Position numbers and translations under genes: made by a program
Notes under the pieces: generated by a model
Database searches by the model: none
Seen by the model: only the letters and a program-made list of their open reading frames with translations
What the model was told of the DNA's origin: nothing
Shown here: in pieces, positions 63,784-64,000 of the stretch
How the letters are laid out: each line of letters begins with the position of its first letter
Numbering within the stretch: the stretch's first letter is position 1
DNA from: an uncultured Bacillota bacterium
Lineage (GTDB): Bacteria > Sysuimicrobiota > Sysuimicrobiia > Sysuimicrobiales > Segetimicrobiaceae
DNA length: 64,000 bases
NCBI GenBank assembly: GCA_963804645.1
Contig: CAWDRG010000022.1
Span: 1-64,000, forward strand
Direction: 5' to 3'

Positions 63784-64000
63784 GCCGTCCAACCCAGCCA
63801 CCGCGCGCTCGAGCGTATTCGATTTCACCGGCGCACGCCGCGATGTTTGCTCCGCTCAATAGAGTAACCGGGGTCTCTGCACGGCCGGTCGCGAAAGAGA
63901 CAATCCGGTGCGCCCGCTATCCTCTGCTCGAATTAGCGCCCCTAGGCGGACGTCGAAGTTCAAATCGGCTGACGTACAAACCGAGCGTCCCGGGTTGTTC

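Noticed and set aside
63940..63990. GTTCAAATC T-loop-like sequence suggesting a tRNA
   Set aside because: No T-stem pairing or cloverleaf could be built

Overview
High-GC bacterial window. It opens with a complete IS21-family element (1-2551, both terminal inverted repeats visible), a solo nucleotidyltransferase, a DinB protein and an ORF-less group II intron 5' remnant. Most of the window (~4.7-53.9 kb) is a low-oxygen/dormancy energy island. It holds a group 3b NAD(P)-coupled [NiFe]-hydrogenase with partial maturation genes, malic enzyme, a DHOD-like flavoprotein, PFOR (nifJ), a frameshifted GltD-like Fe-S flavoprotein, transhydrogenase pntAB, GlpD, an orphan NarL/DosR-type response regulator, YbaK, an eRF1-like (baeRF/Balon-like) protein, CBS proteins, a USP, GAPDH, a ba3-type oxidase with a Rieske/cytochrome bc operon, and a divergent N-type F-ATPase operon led by a small zinc-finger ORF. 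The most notable sequence-level observation is an 18-bp palindrome (ATCGG-N8-CCGAT, consensus about ATCGGGCC-N2-GGCCCGAT) lying 22-23 nt upstream of a -10-like hexamer at 11 promoters across the island, including the regulator's own promoter. I infer this is a DosR-analogous regulon with its own operator. A decayed segment (36.5-38.4 kb) and a catabolic/miscellaneous block (53.9-63.8 kb) both contain deletion-fusion pseudogenes. No rRNA, tRNA or CRISPR array was found. All calls come from reading motifs by eye; no database searches were run.
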